DNA of 64,000 nucleotides from a virus (lineage: Duplodnaviria > Heunggongvirae > Uroviricota > Caudoviricetes), in IMG/VR virus record IMGVR_UViG_3300017987_000047, one strand, 5' to 3'. Positions 9,429 to 20,301 of the stretch are shown here, piece after piece (position 1 is the stretch's first letter; each line of letters starts with the position of its first letter). The position numbers were made by a program, and so were the translations under genes. The notes beneath the pieces are model-generated. The model did no database searches and was not told the DNA's origin. It worked only from the letters and a program-made list of their open reading frames with translations.

Positions 9429-9902
9429 ATGGAAAATAGCAAAATGAAAAAGCTTAGTTTGATTCTGTTTCTGCTTCTAATTTCTTGCGGGTTTCACTAC
9501 GACTACCACCAGGAAATCCAGATCGACCAACTGTTCTTGGAGGGGGCTAACTTACGTATTGTTCATATGGAAGGGGATCTTCTCCAGACCACGCTTATTA
9601 GTGGGTGGGGGAATGAACACCACCCCAGGATAAAGTCTGAATTTGATGCTTGCCTAGAAACTATTCCTGCTTCCGTTTTGGAGAAGTTCTCTCAACCTCC
9701 GGCATATTTCGGGTTTATTATCTTAAAGGACCTTGCTGAGGATCAAAAACCTTATGCTCTCATATTACATTTTAGTGGGGAAGGAAAACGCAACTATGCG
9801 GAGATACATCTTCGGGAGGAAGATGCTTTAGAGGGAGGGGTTGCTGGTTATGGTAAATTCGGCTGTGCTCATCTCTCTGAAATTGACCTAGGGGAACAGT
9901 AG
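9429..9902 (+). CDS. Putative lipoprotein
   Basis: MKKLSLILFLLLISC lipobox-like signal. Confidence 0.55.
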   Translation: MENSKMKKLSLILFLLLISCGFHYDYHQEIQIDQLFLEGANLRIVHMEGDLLQTTLISGWGNEHHPRIKSEFDACLETIPASVLEKFSQPPAYFGFIILKDLAEDQKPYALILHFSGEGKRNYAEIHLREEDALEGGVAGYGKFGCAHLSEIDLGEQ

Positions 9903-10407
9903 TCTCCAATAAACACGGAAGGTAAGAAAATGTCTTTGAACAGGGAGAAGCGCCTACCAAAAGAGGTAGGGATAGAGGTTGTGAAAGCCTTTGTGGGTAC
10001 TGGCACAAGGTTTGAGTTTAGTGCCACTGATAGCCAAGCCATCCTTAAGTATAATTCTGGGGATGAATTGTTGTTACGCCATGCTATTGGTAAGACTGGT
10101 TATCGTGATCCTGATGATCCTTCGGATAGATAGGGGGTAACATGCTCTCAAAAACTATCAAGCTTGACCTAGGAAACTTCTCAAAAACTTCTTTAGACTC
10201 TCAATTCCCTAAAAGAAGAAAAATTCGCTACCTTAGGATTAATCATAATACTTATAGAAGTTTCTTGCTTTTCTTAGGGCCTGAGCTTGACCTTATATGT
10301 TTACCTCAAAAATATAGGAGAGGGCGTGTTGCACATTATAGGGGAGCGAAGCTTCAGATCGAGAATAATCTTTCTGATGGTGAAATCAATTTCATAGTAT
10401 AAAATTC

Positions 10408-10665
10408 ATGACAAAACTAACAAAGTGTGAAGATTCGCTAATGTTCTTTTGCCCTGGTTGTGGTTCCTACCACTCCTTTCGGGTACCACAATGGAAATGG
10501 GATGGGGATATGGAGAAACCTACTTTCTCGCCCTCTCTGCTAATCAATAAAAACATTCCGGCGCAAAGATGCCATTTATTTATTGAGAATGGGAAGCTTC
10601 GATTTTTAGAAGATTGTTTCCATCATTTAGCGGGTCAAACTATCGATATGGAAGAAGAGGATTAA
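10408..10665 (+). CDS. DUF6527-like small Zn-binding protein
   Basis: FCPGCGSYH...W.WDGD..KPTFSPS...RCHLFI..GKL.FL.DC.H. Confidence 0.7.
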   Translation: MTKLTKCEDSLMFFCPGCGSYHSFRVPQWKWDGDMEKPTFSPSLLINKNIPAQRCHLFIENGKLRFLEDCFHHLAGQTIDMEEED

Positions 10666-10891
10666 ATATGTTAAACGAACTGATCGCTGGATTAATTCTT
10701 GGAGTTCTTTGCGTAGGGGTTATCCTACATTTTCTTTGGATGTTATTTTGGTCTAAGGATGCTCGAGCTCTTCGTCGTAAGGCTCAAAGAACTCGTCGGG
10801 CTGAACAACTCTTGGATGAAAAACGGTATCGCGACGCTTTGGTTGAGCTTGGGGTCCTAAACCCCCAAGATTAACTTTTAGGGAGTTAGCA

Positions 10892-11512
10892 ATGTTCGAC
10901 AAATCAAAAGCACATTTACATCTCGACCCTTTTCTTATTCCTACTGAAATCTGTGATTCAGATAACGAATTGATTTTCTGCAAGGCTAAGGATATCATAG
11001 GGAGGACAAAGGATATCAAAGTTGCGGCAAACCATATTTGTGAGTGGATGCGCGAAGAGATCACATATACTTTCGATTTTTGCTCTGTTAAAGCTAGTCA
11101 AACGCTTTTGAAACGGGAAGGTATGTGTACGAATAAGGCTAACTTGCAGATAGCTTTATTAAGAAGTTTGGGTATACCTGCTGGTTATGGTATTGTTCAT
11201 ATCACTAAACAAGTCTTCGAGCGGGACGTAGTGCCTGAGATATATGAAAAGATTTCAGAGCCTACTACGCATGTCTTTGCTTGTGTTTGGGATCCTGAGT
11301 TTGATCGTTTTTGCTATCATGATTCTACGGAGAGGGGAAAGGATTTTCTAGATTTCATGGTAGTTTTGCCTACGGGGGAAATTAGGTACCAGGATCGTTG
11401 GTTAAGGGGAGGTATCCACATTCACTCTAACTTAGATCATTTATTCAAAATGCCCTCGAGATGGTCTCGGGAAGAGTTTGAGAAGCAAAACATTGAATAT
11501 CGGAAGGGGTAG
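10892..11512 (+). CDS. Transglutaminase-like cysteine protease domain protein
   Basis: GMCTNKANLQIALLRSLGIPA...HVF...D catalytic triad pattern. Confidence 0.85.
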   Translation: MFDKSKAHLHLDPFLIPTEICDSDNELIFCKAKDIIGRTKDIKVAANHICEWMREEITYTFDFCSVKASQTLLKREGMCTNKANLQIALLRSLGIPAGYGIVHITKQVFERDVVPEIYEKISEPTTHVFACVWDPEFDRFCYHDSTERGKDFLDFMVVLPTGEIRYQDRWLRGGIHIHSNLDHLFKMPSRWSREEFEKQNIEYRKG

Positions 11513-11752
11513 TGAAAAAGATAAGTTTTTGAAAACAGAGTTGCTTTAAGGAAGGTAGAATGAAGTATTATTATTTTGTAAAAGCTTACGAAACTCATAC
11601 AGAGTGGGTTGTATCTACTCGAAGTCCTTTTTTGCTTATGGCCCAGGATAGAAACAGCAGTAAAACTCCTTATCATATTATTTTTTCTGTAGAGATATCT
11701 AAAAAAGAATATGAAGCTCTTCGTTCTATAAGGTAGGCTTCAAGGAAAATGA

Positions 11753-12337
11753 ATGGCATTTACCTGCATTAAAATAATTGATAGCCAGGTTAGAATCCAA
11801 CATGGCTTTCGGATTCTTCTTTTTTACCAGAACTCCCAAGGCTGGAAGAAACTTTTCGTTAAACTTGACGAGAAAGTGCAATCTTGGGTATATTTAGAGT
11901 TTCAAGCTGGAATCTGCCAACTATTAACTCACTCCTTACCTGAAGTGCGGCAACTAGCAAAGAAGATAAACCAAAGGGGCTTTGAATATTTTGATGCCTT
12001 GTGGGATTTACGCTTTGAATTAGGCCCTCAATGCTATACTCAATTCAAAGCAAGGGGGGATACTCTTCTTTATTACGTGAGGCATAAACAGGAGAAGATC
12101 TTTTTTGACCCATATTTAGGCCCAGCTTTGACAGGACCGACAGGACTGACAGGTTTGACAGGACCGACAGGACCGACAGGTTTGACACCAACAGGCCGTC
12201 TCAGCTCAAAAACACCTAATCTTTCTCCTCAAATTTTAAAACCCCAGAAAAAACAAAGCCCCTGTCTTCAAAACATTGGCCCTGCAGCCCCTTCACGAAG
12301 TCGGGGAATATGGCAAAAGATATTCCGGAGAAGATAG
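11753..12337 (+). CDS. Tagged protein (internal tag) with a collagen-like G-x-T repeat; paralog of 18103..18459
   Basis: QLLTHSLPEVRQLAKK; TGPTGLTGLTGPTGPTGLT. Confidence 0.7.
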   Translation: MAFTCIKIIDSQVRIQHGFRILLFYQNSQGWKKLFVKLDEKVQSWVYLEFQAGICQLLTHSLPEVRQLAKKINQRGFEYFDALWDLRFELGPQCYTQFKARGDTLLYYVRHKQEKIFFDPYLGPALTGPTGLTGLTGPTGPTGLTPTGRLSSKTPNLSPQILKPQKKQSPCLQNIGPAAPSRSRGIWQKIFRRR

Positions 12338-12379
12338 TTTCTTGTACTTTGTATATAAAACCAAGGTGAAGCTGAAGCA

Positions 12380-12781
12380 GTGGAAAAACTGATCACGCCA
12401 ACAACGATGTACTTACTAACTTTTAAACAAAGCCCCTGTCTTTCCTTGACGGGTTGGGATGAAATCCTTCACTTCTTTAAGGATTATCCGACAAAGGACG
12501 AAATACGGATTTGTTTTCTCAAGGCATTGAAAGACTACATTCTCTATTATGATATGGATCCAAACAAGGTTGGGATTCGGGAAGATGCTTTTCGTAATTC
12601 TTTCACTTTAATTAATAAAGACAAAACTGAGAGAGTTTCAGAAGAAGGGGAGATTGTTCTTTTCGGGGATGTTCGCTTCTCAGTTGAAAAGGTTAAAACG
12701 GAAACATCGAGAAAGTTGGAATCATTTCTCACAGATGATTTTGCTTGTATTCGTAAATTCGTTAAGGGGCTAAAAGATTAG
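12380..12781 (+). CDS. Tagged hypothetical protein
   Basis: C-terminus ESFLTDDFACIRKFVK. Confidence 0.7.
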   Translation: MEKLITPTTMYLLTFKQSPCLSLTGWDEILHFFKDYPTKDEIRICFLKALKDYILYYDMDPNKVGIREDAFRNSFTLINKDKTERVSEEGEIVLFGDVRFSVEKVKTETSRKLESFLTDDFACIRKFVKGLKD

Positions 12782-12872
12782 TGAAGATCGAAGCAAATGT
12801 AAAGTGTAATATAAATTAGGTTAAATGGGTTGCCTTCAAAAACCTAACACACACATACAAAAGGAAAAAATC

Positions 12873-13274
12873 ATGTCAAACTCAGGTAAAACTCCCTACG
12901 AAATCCGCTTAGAACTACTAAAAATGTCCAAAGATCTCCTCATGGAGGAATTCTATGCTCATCGGGATATCGAAGAGAGAAATTGGACTGCCAGAATGGA
13001 CGACTATCATTATTATAGGGAACATGGAGCTGAAGTAGAACGAGCAAAATACCCATTCCCGAAAGACCTTGTTATCCCGAAAGCCCCAACAGAAGCTGAG
13101 ATTATCGCTAGGGCTAGGACCTTAAATGAATTTATTGGTGGGGATGGAAAAAACGTACCAAAGGATGAGAACGTAACAAGGGACGAGAATAGGGATGCTG
13201 GAAGAGGAAGAGGCGGCCAAGGGAGAGGTGGACAGGGAAGCTGTGGTCAAGGAAGATGGAGAAATCCTAGATAA
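12873..13274 (+). CDS. Conserved phage hypothetical protein (KTPYEIRLELLKM family) with an RGG-rich tail
   Basis: N-terminal KTPYEIRLELLKM.KD.L and P...EII..A..LN.F; start after AAGGA. Confidence 0.6.
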   Translation: MSNSGKTPYEIRLELLKMSKDLLMEEFYAHRDIEERNWTARMDDYHYYREHGAEVERAKYPFPKDLVIPKAPTEAEIIARARTLNEFIGGDGKNVPKDENVTRDENRDAGRGRGGQGRGGQGSCGQGRWRNPR

Positions 13275-13294
13275 GCTTCAAGGAAGAGTTTTAA

Positions 13295-13329
13295 AATAAC
13301 TACCTAATCATTTGGGTAGTTATTTTTTT
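13295..13329 (+). terminator. Intrinsic terminator
   Basis: AATAACTACC..GGTAGTTATT hairpin followed by a T run. Confidence 0.75.
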
Positions 13330-13353
13330 GCTTTCTTCTCGTAAAACTAAAAA

Positions 13354-13385
13354 TCTTTCGTTGGTCAACTTGGGTCGCTTATATA
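13354..13385 (+). promoter_or_regulatory. Phage promoter motif copy
   Basis: TCTTTCGTT-N17-TATATA, just after a terminator. Confidence 0.7.
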
Positions 13386-13443
13386 TTAGGTAGGAAAAAT
13401 GCTTTTTAGGAGTCAAGGCTGAAAGGAAACACAAATAGTTCAC

Positions 13444-13992
13444 ATGAAATATAAAACAAACTATCTCATAAGATTTGAATTCCTACTATTTAACCAAAAC
13501 TTTTATTTTTCTAGGTTTCCGAAACAAAGGGATAAACTAGAAGCCGTTTTAACCTTCTGTAATTATCTATCCGGGGTATGGGATAAAAAAATACTTTCTT
13601 TTAATCTTAAGGACTCCAACTTAGAATCTTTTCTTAGCACCCCCACGGTTGGAGCTGGGAAAGTTTACCTAAGACGGCTAGTGCCACCTTTTTATAATTA
13701 TTCTACCAAGATTTCTTGGTCGTTAGAGCTTCGACAAGTTAGCACCGACTCTAGGAACCTTAATCGCCCAGCTTCCTTAAAAACTTTTTTAACCGTTGGG
13801 TCCGCTGAGCTGCGAAAACTTGTTAAATCTTGTATAAGGGGGACGACGATGAAATGTAAAGAGAACCCAAACCAAAGTTATTGGAATCTTCGGTTTACCC
13901 AAACGAAGCCAAGAGAACAAGGTTGGGGTAAGGATAAGAAAAGTTGGGCGGCAGCCCCTATCCGTAAAAAGGTAAAAAACTTATGTACTTAA
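13444..13992 (+). CDS. Tagged hypothetical protein, probably fused to a downstream small ORF
   Basis: KTFLTVGSAELRKLVK; second ATG with an AGGGGG SD at 13849. Confidence 0.6.
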   Translation: MKYKTNYLIRFEFLLFNQNFYFSRFPKQRDKLEAVLTFCNYLSGVWDKKILSFNLKDSNLESFLSTPTVGAGKVYLRRLVPPFYNYSTKISWSLELRQVSTDSRNLNRPASLKTFLTVGSAELRKLVKSCIRGTTMKCKENPNQSYWNLRFTQTKPREQGWGKDKKSWAAAPIRKKVKNLCT

Positions 13993-14295
13993 ACACCTGT
14001 TAGAAAGGGGATAGAAAATGGATCTTATTGAAGCGGTACGTTGGGCATGGGAGCATGATATTTTTCCTTTAGTGAATCGGGATCAAATGTTTGGCGAAGT
14101 TGAAGGTACTGGCAACTGCAGTATCGCTGTTAAAGTGGTGGGGTGCTCTACTGAAAACGCACATGATAAATTCGTTGAGTTTGTGCAGGAAGCCAAACGG
14201 AGATGGGAAGAACACGAACTTCGTTACGGCAATAAACCCACACGACATCTTGTTATTGGCGACGATTTCAAGATCGGGGATTAAACCAGCTTGCA

Positions 14296-14853
14296 ATGAA
14301 TAAGCATCTCTCAAAATACTTAACAGCGGATAATCCTCTTTTAAGAAACTGGGTTAGGGAGAGAATTCATAGGACTGACCAGAGATACGAAGTTATCGAA
14401 GATGTTATTCATTATATTCCTAAAGAGAATCAGTATGTTTGGGGATGGGTGGATATTCAATTTTTTCGGGTTAGAGAAGAAAAAAAGCAAAAAGTTATCT
14501 ATTGTGATTTCTTGAAATGTAATAATTGTCTTTTAGCTTCTCTTCCGGCTCTTCCGGTTTGTAGGAAATTGCACTGTGATAGTAACCGGCTAACTTCCCT
14601 CCCGGAGCTTCCTGTTTGTGAGATTTTAATCTGCGACTACAACCAATTAACTCTCCTTCCGGCTCTTCCGGCTTGTAGTATTTTGCAATGTGATAGTAAC
14701 CGGCTAACTTCCCTCCCGGAGCTTCCTGTTTGTGTAGAGTTGCATTGCACGGGCAATAAATTAATGAAACTTCCAAAACTTCCCTCGATTAACGAAGATC
14801 TCTTGTTCTATGGGAATAACCCTGGTTATGGTACTCCGGGGTTTTACAAATGA
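14296..14853 (+). CDS. Leucine-rich repeat protein with an N-terminal tag
   Basis: 20-aa LRRs (LxCxxNxLTSLPELP); N-terminal KYLTADNPLLRNWVR. Confidence 0.85.
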   Translation: MNKHLSKYLTADNPLLRNWVRERIHRTDQRYEVIEDVIHYIPKENQYVWGWVDIQFFRVREEKKQKVIYCDFLKCNNCLLASLPALPVCRKLHCDSNRLTSLPELPVCEILICDYNQLTLLPALPACSILQCDSNRLTSLPELPVCVELHCTGNKLMKLPKLPSINEDLLFYGNNPGYGTPGFYK

Positions 14854-15278
14854 GCCGACATCTTTCTCTAGAAGCATTTTCTTCCTTCAACTATGGGGAT
14901 TTACTTGTTCTTAAGGGGGAATTGTCCTGGTATCCCCCGAGCATGGATTTTAAGAACATTGAAACGGAGTTGGTTTTCTTTTATTCTTCAAGTACTAATA
15001 TTAAGATAGGTAGTTACCCCACAATTTTCGTTCGTCCTTTCTATCCGCAGCAGAAACATCCGAAACATCCGGATTTAAGGTTATCTGGTTTTGCTAGTAG
15101 GCATTATTCCATAGATATGCTTTCAGAGGTGGAGCTATATGATTTTGATAGGCATCTAGAGGCTAACCAAAGCCTTAAAACCCTTCTCACACAAAATTTT
15201 AAGGAATACCTAACTCACAAACACTTTGATATCCGGAAGTTAGCAAAAAGATACGCAAAGCACGTCTCAACCACTTAA
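14850..15278 (+). CDS. Tagged hypothetical protein
   Basis: EYLTHKHFDIRKLAK. Confidence 0.75.
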   Translation: MSRHLSLEAFSSFNYGDLLVLKGELSWYPPSMDFKNIETELVFFYSSSTNIKIGSYPTIFVRPFYPQQKHPKHPDLRLSGFASRHYSIDMLSEVELYDFDRHLEANQSLKTLLTQNFKEYLTHKHFDIRKLAKRYAKHVSTT

Positions 15279-15289
15279 AGGAATTTAAC

Positions 15290-15940
15290 ATGAAACCGGA
15301 ATACATCAAGCAAGCAAGGGAAAAGTTTGAGTTGGACCTCGAAAGCATTGAAGATTGGGAAGAGCGGCATAACGACTCTCCAGAAATCTTGAAATTTTAC
15401 AATGAAATTTTGAAATATTACTTTTGGGAGATAGATCATCCGGATGACCATGAAAGTATTGGTGCTCACATGAACACCAGTATTTATAGTCTACTTAAGA
15501 AAGCCGTTGGCCCTCGCTCTTACGAGGACCCGGCAGACTTTATTCTAGGGCTACAATCTTTTTTATCGAATTGCGTCCTGGACGACTCGTATTATAAAAT
15601 CTCTTACGAGCGTTACTATGATACTTCTAGCGAAGAATTTCGTATGCAATATCGGAAGCAATGGCTTCGCATGTTCTTTTTCAGACTTTTCGTCGCCCGT
15701 AAGCGTAAACGGCTTTGGCGTAAACATGGACCATTTATTCCATGTAAGAAAAAGGATTCTGGCGCACATCCTATCCTTGTATGGTCGCATGACATGGACC
15801 CTGACGCTCGCAATGATATAGAAGGGTTATGGGAAGCATTTAACTTCTATATCGAAAAAGAAGCAAAGGGGGTAGAAATACATAAAACTATCAGAGAAGA
15901 AGTAACGAAAATACGGGAGGCTAAGGATGAGAATAGATAG
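15290..15940 (+). CDS. Hypothetical protein
   Basis: 216-aa ORF with an AAGGA SD. Confidence 0.6.
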   Translation: MKPEYIKQAREKFELDLESIEDWEERHNDSPEILKFYNEILKYYFWEIDHPDDHESIGAHMNTSIYSLLKKAVGPRSYEDPADFILGLQSFLSNCVLDDSYYKISYERYYDTSSEEFRMQYRKQWLRMFFFRLFVARKRKRLWRKHGPFIPCKKKDSGAHPILVWSHDMDPDARNDIEGLWEAFNFYIEKEAKGVEIHKTIREEVTKIREAKDENR

Positions 15941-16301
15941 AGAAAAGCTGAGGGAAAGGCTTCGTAAACACGATCGAACGATCTTTTTCGTTAAATACGA
16001 CTATCTCCTCGAACATCATTACTACCTCATAAGGAAGGAAAGCATCTATATACTTTGGGCTGGTTGCGATATCTTCGATGACCTTAATAGGAATCACCTT
16101 GGCTCTATTTTCCAGGAAGAACTAATAACTGGACTTGAAAAAGCAAGGTCTTCGGGTTCTTGGGAAGCCCCTAAGGACCCTAGCTATTCACACAGTATTG
16201 AAAAACTAGAAATTCTAGATCCCAGGGCATGTCTCACAAATAAAAGCAAGGCTGTGCGTAAGGCTGCAAAATATTGCTTAGGAGAAAAAAATTATGATTG
16301 A
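15927..16301 (+). CDS. Tagged hypothetical protein
   Basis: ACLTNKSKAVRKAAK. Confidence 0.75.
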   Translation: MRIDREKLRERLRKHDRTIFFVKYDYLLEHHYYLIRKESIYILWAGCDIFDDLNRNHLGSIFQEELITGLEKARSSGSWEAPKDPSYSHSIEKLEILDPRACLTNKSKAVRKAAKYCLGEKNYD

Positions 16302-16970
16302 GTTAGATGCATTGAAATGCCCAGTTTGTGGATCAAAATTTATTACCACCGCTTTGGGGGAGCCCGCAACCCCAAGTTTCGAACAAACTACATGGTCTCC
16401 TTTTCCCAAAGAGCCGGAGGCGTGCATTAAAGTTGAAAGGTTAAAAAAGCCGGCCGAGCTTCGTCCAAGTTTTGCTTGTACTTGTCAAAATTGCGCCTAT
16501 TCAGCAAGAGTCAAAGATTTTTCATAGGGGACTTTGTTATGCCATCTGTAAAGACACATTCTTTTATCCAATTTACCCCGATCCAGGTGGAGGGGTTTAA
16601 TTGCGCTTGCGGTCCTGTTCCCCAACCTAAAGACTTGCCCAAAGAAGTTTCAGATAATGTTTTAAGGGTTATAAATGAAGAAGTGGCTGCCTTTATGGAG
16701 TGGTCGGGAGTTGAGCGGGAGGAAATCGCGATGGATATGTTCGCGGGGCTTCCTACAGTTTTTCTTTTTTTAGCTACTCGCCAAGACATTATTTCTTCTG
16801 AGAAAGATCAAGAAACTATCGGAAACATGATAAACGAGCTTTCCTATTGTGCTAAAATGGGGGATACCGGAACTCGCCTAGCCTTTAAGGGAGATATTGA
16901 AAAACAATCCTTTAAGTCTCGGTGTCGCTGGGAGGTCCCCCTTAACGAAAGCATCTCAAAAGACTAAATT

Positions 16971-17002
16971 TCTTTCGTTAATCAAAGGTATTTCAAAATA
17001 TA
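16971..17002 (+). promoter_or_regulatory. Phage promoter motif copy
   Basis: TCTTTCGTT-N17-AATATA. Confidence 0.65.
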
Positions 17003-17319
17003 AAGGGGGTAGGCAAACGCCTGCTGTGCTTATTTGCTAATCCTAGAGGAAAGAGGCATGACAAAAAAAGAACAGGCAAGATTAACAAAACTTTTTAAGG
17101 TTGAAGTAGTTGATCTCGGGGGTGAAGTCGACCCTGACGATGAAGAGGATTGGAAGTCCCTTACGTTAGGGTGGGTACTAGCCAAGGGAGTATCTCCAGC
17201 TGAAGCTCGAGACTTTGCTTCATATATCCGGTACGAAACTGATTTAGGCTAAGATAAAAAGGGAAAAACGGACGGATATCTTGAAGACTTCGACGAAAAT
17301 ATGACTTAAGGAGAAAAAG

Positions 17320-17640
17320 ATGGACGGTTATCTTGGATCAACAGTTGTCACAGATCTCACTGGCACCCCATACGAGGGGTATACAACAAAGGATTGGGCC
17401 GTAGAATATATTCAATATTACGGACAATATGATGGAGGACATCACCGCTTGTGGGTGCTCGACCAAGTCATGCGTATTTTGAAGGGCACTCCCGTTATAG
17501 TAGAACTAAAAAAATGGGAAAATGGCCATGAGGAATATTGGTTTAATACTGCCGAGGAACCTAGCCAAGAGTACCTTGATTTCGTGAAAGAATTCGAAGG
17601 GAATGATGAATTTTTCTGGGGTACCGGTATTGCTCCGTAA
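17320..17640 (+). CDS. Conserved phage hypothetical protein
   Basis: YGQYDGGHH..WVLDQV.RIL...GIAP pattern; AAGGAG SD. Confidence 0.6.
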   Translation: MDGYLGSTVVTDLTGTPYEGYTTKDWAVEYIQYYGQYDGGHHRLWVLDQVMRILKGTPVIVELKKWENGHEEYWFNTAEEPSQEYLDFVKEFEGNDEFFWGTGIAP

Positions 17641-18102
17641 AGCGGGGCTTTGAAGGAAATAAAAGTTTGGGAAAAGGAACAGGACCCGCCAGGGTGGAAA
17701 AATGAAAATGCTTAACCAAGAAATACAAAATAAGTTTGACATGTTAAGCTTTTGGGGGGAAGAAGTTGTAAATCCTCTTATTTCTGCTCGGAGGTTGCCG
17801 CCACAACTTCTAACCCCAGATGCGAGGACAAAACATAAATTTGATTACAATAAGAAGGACAAGAAACTTATCTGTCATACTTATCGAACTCATATGTATG
17901 ATGACGGATCAGATACAATGCCAAACTCTTATGAAGAGTGGGTCTATATAACAACTAATGAAGTTGTTTTAACTGATAGCTTCGTTGTTATACATAAGAA
18001 AATCCTAAAGCAAATACATTCTGAATACGTAAATGACGATCGTGTAGTTAACTTGGGGTGTTTCTTTTTGCTTCTTCTTGCCATTTTCGTAGTTATGCTC
18101 TA

Positions 18103-18459
18103 ATGGCGTTTACAAACATTACCGTTATTGAGAATAAAATTCGTATCCAATCGGGATTTCGTATTCTCTTCCTTTATAAAGTATCCCAAACGAAAATAAG
18201 GTCGTTTTTCATTAAGAGCGAAGTTCCGATACAGGGTTGGGGTTTTTTAGAGGTTCATTCTGGAATCTCCCGGCTCCTAACTTGCCCTTCATTTAAGGTC
18301 CGGCAGCTTGCAAAAAAGATAAATGAAAGGGGCTTTGGGTATTTTGACGCCTGGTGGGATCTAAGATTTGAGTTAGGCCCGCAACACTATACTCGATTTG
18401 GGGCGGGTGGGACTGATCTTTGGTACTCAAAGGCCCAACCGGAGAAAGGTTATGCTTAG
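18103..18459 (+). CDS. Tagged protein, paralog of 11753..12337
   Basis: MAFTNI..IRIQSGFRIL...RLLTCPSFKVRQLAKKINERGF.YFDAWWDLRFELGPQ. Confidence 0.75.
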   Translation: MAFTNITVIENKIRIQSGFRILFLYKVSQTKIRSFFIKSEVPIQGWGFLEVHSGISRLLTCPSFKVRQLAKKINERGFGYFDAWWDLRFELGPQHYTRFGAGGTDLWYSKAQPEKGYA

Positions 18460-19039
18460 ATTACGCGACGCCAGAAGAGTGGCAGAACAGGTAGCGAAAA
18501 GAATCTCTGATAGGTACTTTAGGAATTTTCTTCTAAGGAGATACCCTTTATTCTTTAGCAGACAGGATCCCGATGAGATCATCCAATCTATGTTTTTTCA
18601 TCTCATGAAACCCAAAGTCAACCCCAAGACCGGAAAAGTTTTGCCTTTATTCGGTTTTCGGCGGTATAAGAAAATCTCTAAAGTTGAATCTTGGTTTATT
18701 GGTTGCCTAAAATGGGAAGTTCGGCATACGATTGAAAAATCAAAGCGTCAAAAAGCTAGGCAGGTGGTAAGCAATGTGCTTTTGGACCAAAATATCTCTT
18801 TCGATATCTTAACAGAACAACAACTTAAAATTCTGATTGCTGATTTTAGGAAACAGGTTAAGCTTGGAAAAGAAGAGAAAAGAGCTTTAGATTTCTATCT
18901 CAAAGACCCAAACAAATCACCTGACTTCCCCAGAATAAATTTATGGCGGGGAAGGAAAGGGCTTAAAGAAAAGTTACTACGGTTTGTTCGCCAAAATTAC
19001 CTTTTTGATAATTACGGTTATACCTTAGCAGAAGGATAG
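18452..19039 (+). CDS. Basic hypothetical protein, possibly sigma-factor-like
   Basis: DPDEIIQSMF..L and SWF...LKWEV resemble sigma region 2; weak. Confidence 0.3.
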   Translation: MLRLRDARRVAEQVAKRISDRYFRNFLLRRYPLFFSRQDPDEIIQSMFFHLMKPKVNPKTGKVLPLFGFRRYKKISKVESWFIGCLKWEVRHTIEKSKRQKARQVVSNVLLDQNISFDILTEQQLKILIADFRKQVKLGKEEKRALDFYLKDPNKSPDFPRINLWRGRKGLKEKLLRFVRQNYLFDNYGYTLAEG

Positions 19040-19854
19040 AAAGAAACATGAAATTTAGATGGTGGCCATTACGGAAGAAAAAGCAAGACCTTAAAGAAAT
19101 TGTTGAAAAACAAGATCTGCCAAACTGCTCAAGGTGCAATGATAAGAAATACGTGCCGCTAAAAGAAGGGTGGTATTGGGCTCGTCTATTCCTTTCCCCC
19201 ATAGAGGGGTGTGAGAGACAAATAATGGGAGGGTTTCCAAAGGGGCCATGCCCTGCCTGTAAGCCGGACGAGGCGAAGCTTTATGGGACTGAGAAATTCG
19301 TAAAAGATTAAAGGATTAACTATGCCTAGAGAATACTCATTACAAGACCTTGCTTGGCTCAGTCGCTGTCTCTTCTGTGACGACTTTGAGGCGGAGTTAC
19401 TCGCTATGGGAGTTTCTCCCGAAGATGCTCGGATGTTGTGGATGCACTTAGCTGCGAACAAGAGGGACAACATCCTCAACATTTATCAAGCCTTTCTTGG
19501 GGCTCCTAGTATCGTTAAGATCCTTGATCAATACTGTTACCAATGGATACAGAAACAGAAGAAGAAGGGTAAGGTAGACTAATGTTTGGGTCCCGCAAAA
19601 GAAGCGCAATTCGGTATGCAAAGCAAACCTTTTTTCGGTTAGCAGAGCTACAAATCTTAAGCGTCGGCCGCTTAGATACCGCTCAATTAATGTCGTTAAT
19701 AGATGCTGTAGCTGCAGCAAGAATGACCTTGGAGACATTAACTAAAAAGGAATTCGATATAAATGAACTACTAAAGGAACTAGGCCCTCTAGTTCGAGCG
19801 AAAGACGAGATGGGGATAAAACGATTTCATGAGAAATTCGTTGGAAAGTTTTAA

Positions 19855-20301
19855 ATGCTACCTTCTAAAGGGCTAGAGGAATCCCATAATATTTTTGAAT
19901 GCCTCTTATCCCCGGCAGAGCAAAAACAAGTAATGTCCCAAAAAGGAAAGCTGACGGGGCTTCATCCAACATATATGGAGAAAGGTTGGGTTTCCCACGG
20001 TTTTCTTTTCGGAATGTCCTGGAGAAAGAGTTTGGCCTCCGCCTTGGCCTTTGACGAAAAACATTTTCTTTTCCTAGCCTGGGGCCCCTTAGCACTAGAC
20101 CCAACAAGGTTTAAACTAACGATCGAGACCCGGAGTTCTTTGATCCACGAAGAATATGTTGTTGATAAAAAGGACATATTAGACCACGCTAAAAAAATCG
20201 GTCTGAATAAAGCAACGTTTGCTTCTTTTCTCACCGGCAAAGATCCCCTAGCGCGGCATCTCGTTAAAAAATATTGCATTCCTCTTTTTGATTTAATATG
20301 A
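19855..20301 (+). CDS. Tagged hypothetical protein
   Basis: SFLTGKDPLARHLVK. Confidence 0.72.
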   Translation: MLPSKGLEESHNIFECLLSPAEQKQVMSQKGKLTGLHPTYMEKGWVSHGFLFGMSWRKSLASALAFDEKHFLFLAWGPLALDPTRFKLTIETRSSLIHEEYVVDKKDILDHAKKIGLNKATFASFLTGKDPLARHLVKKYCIPLFDLI

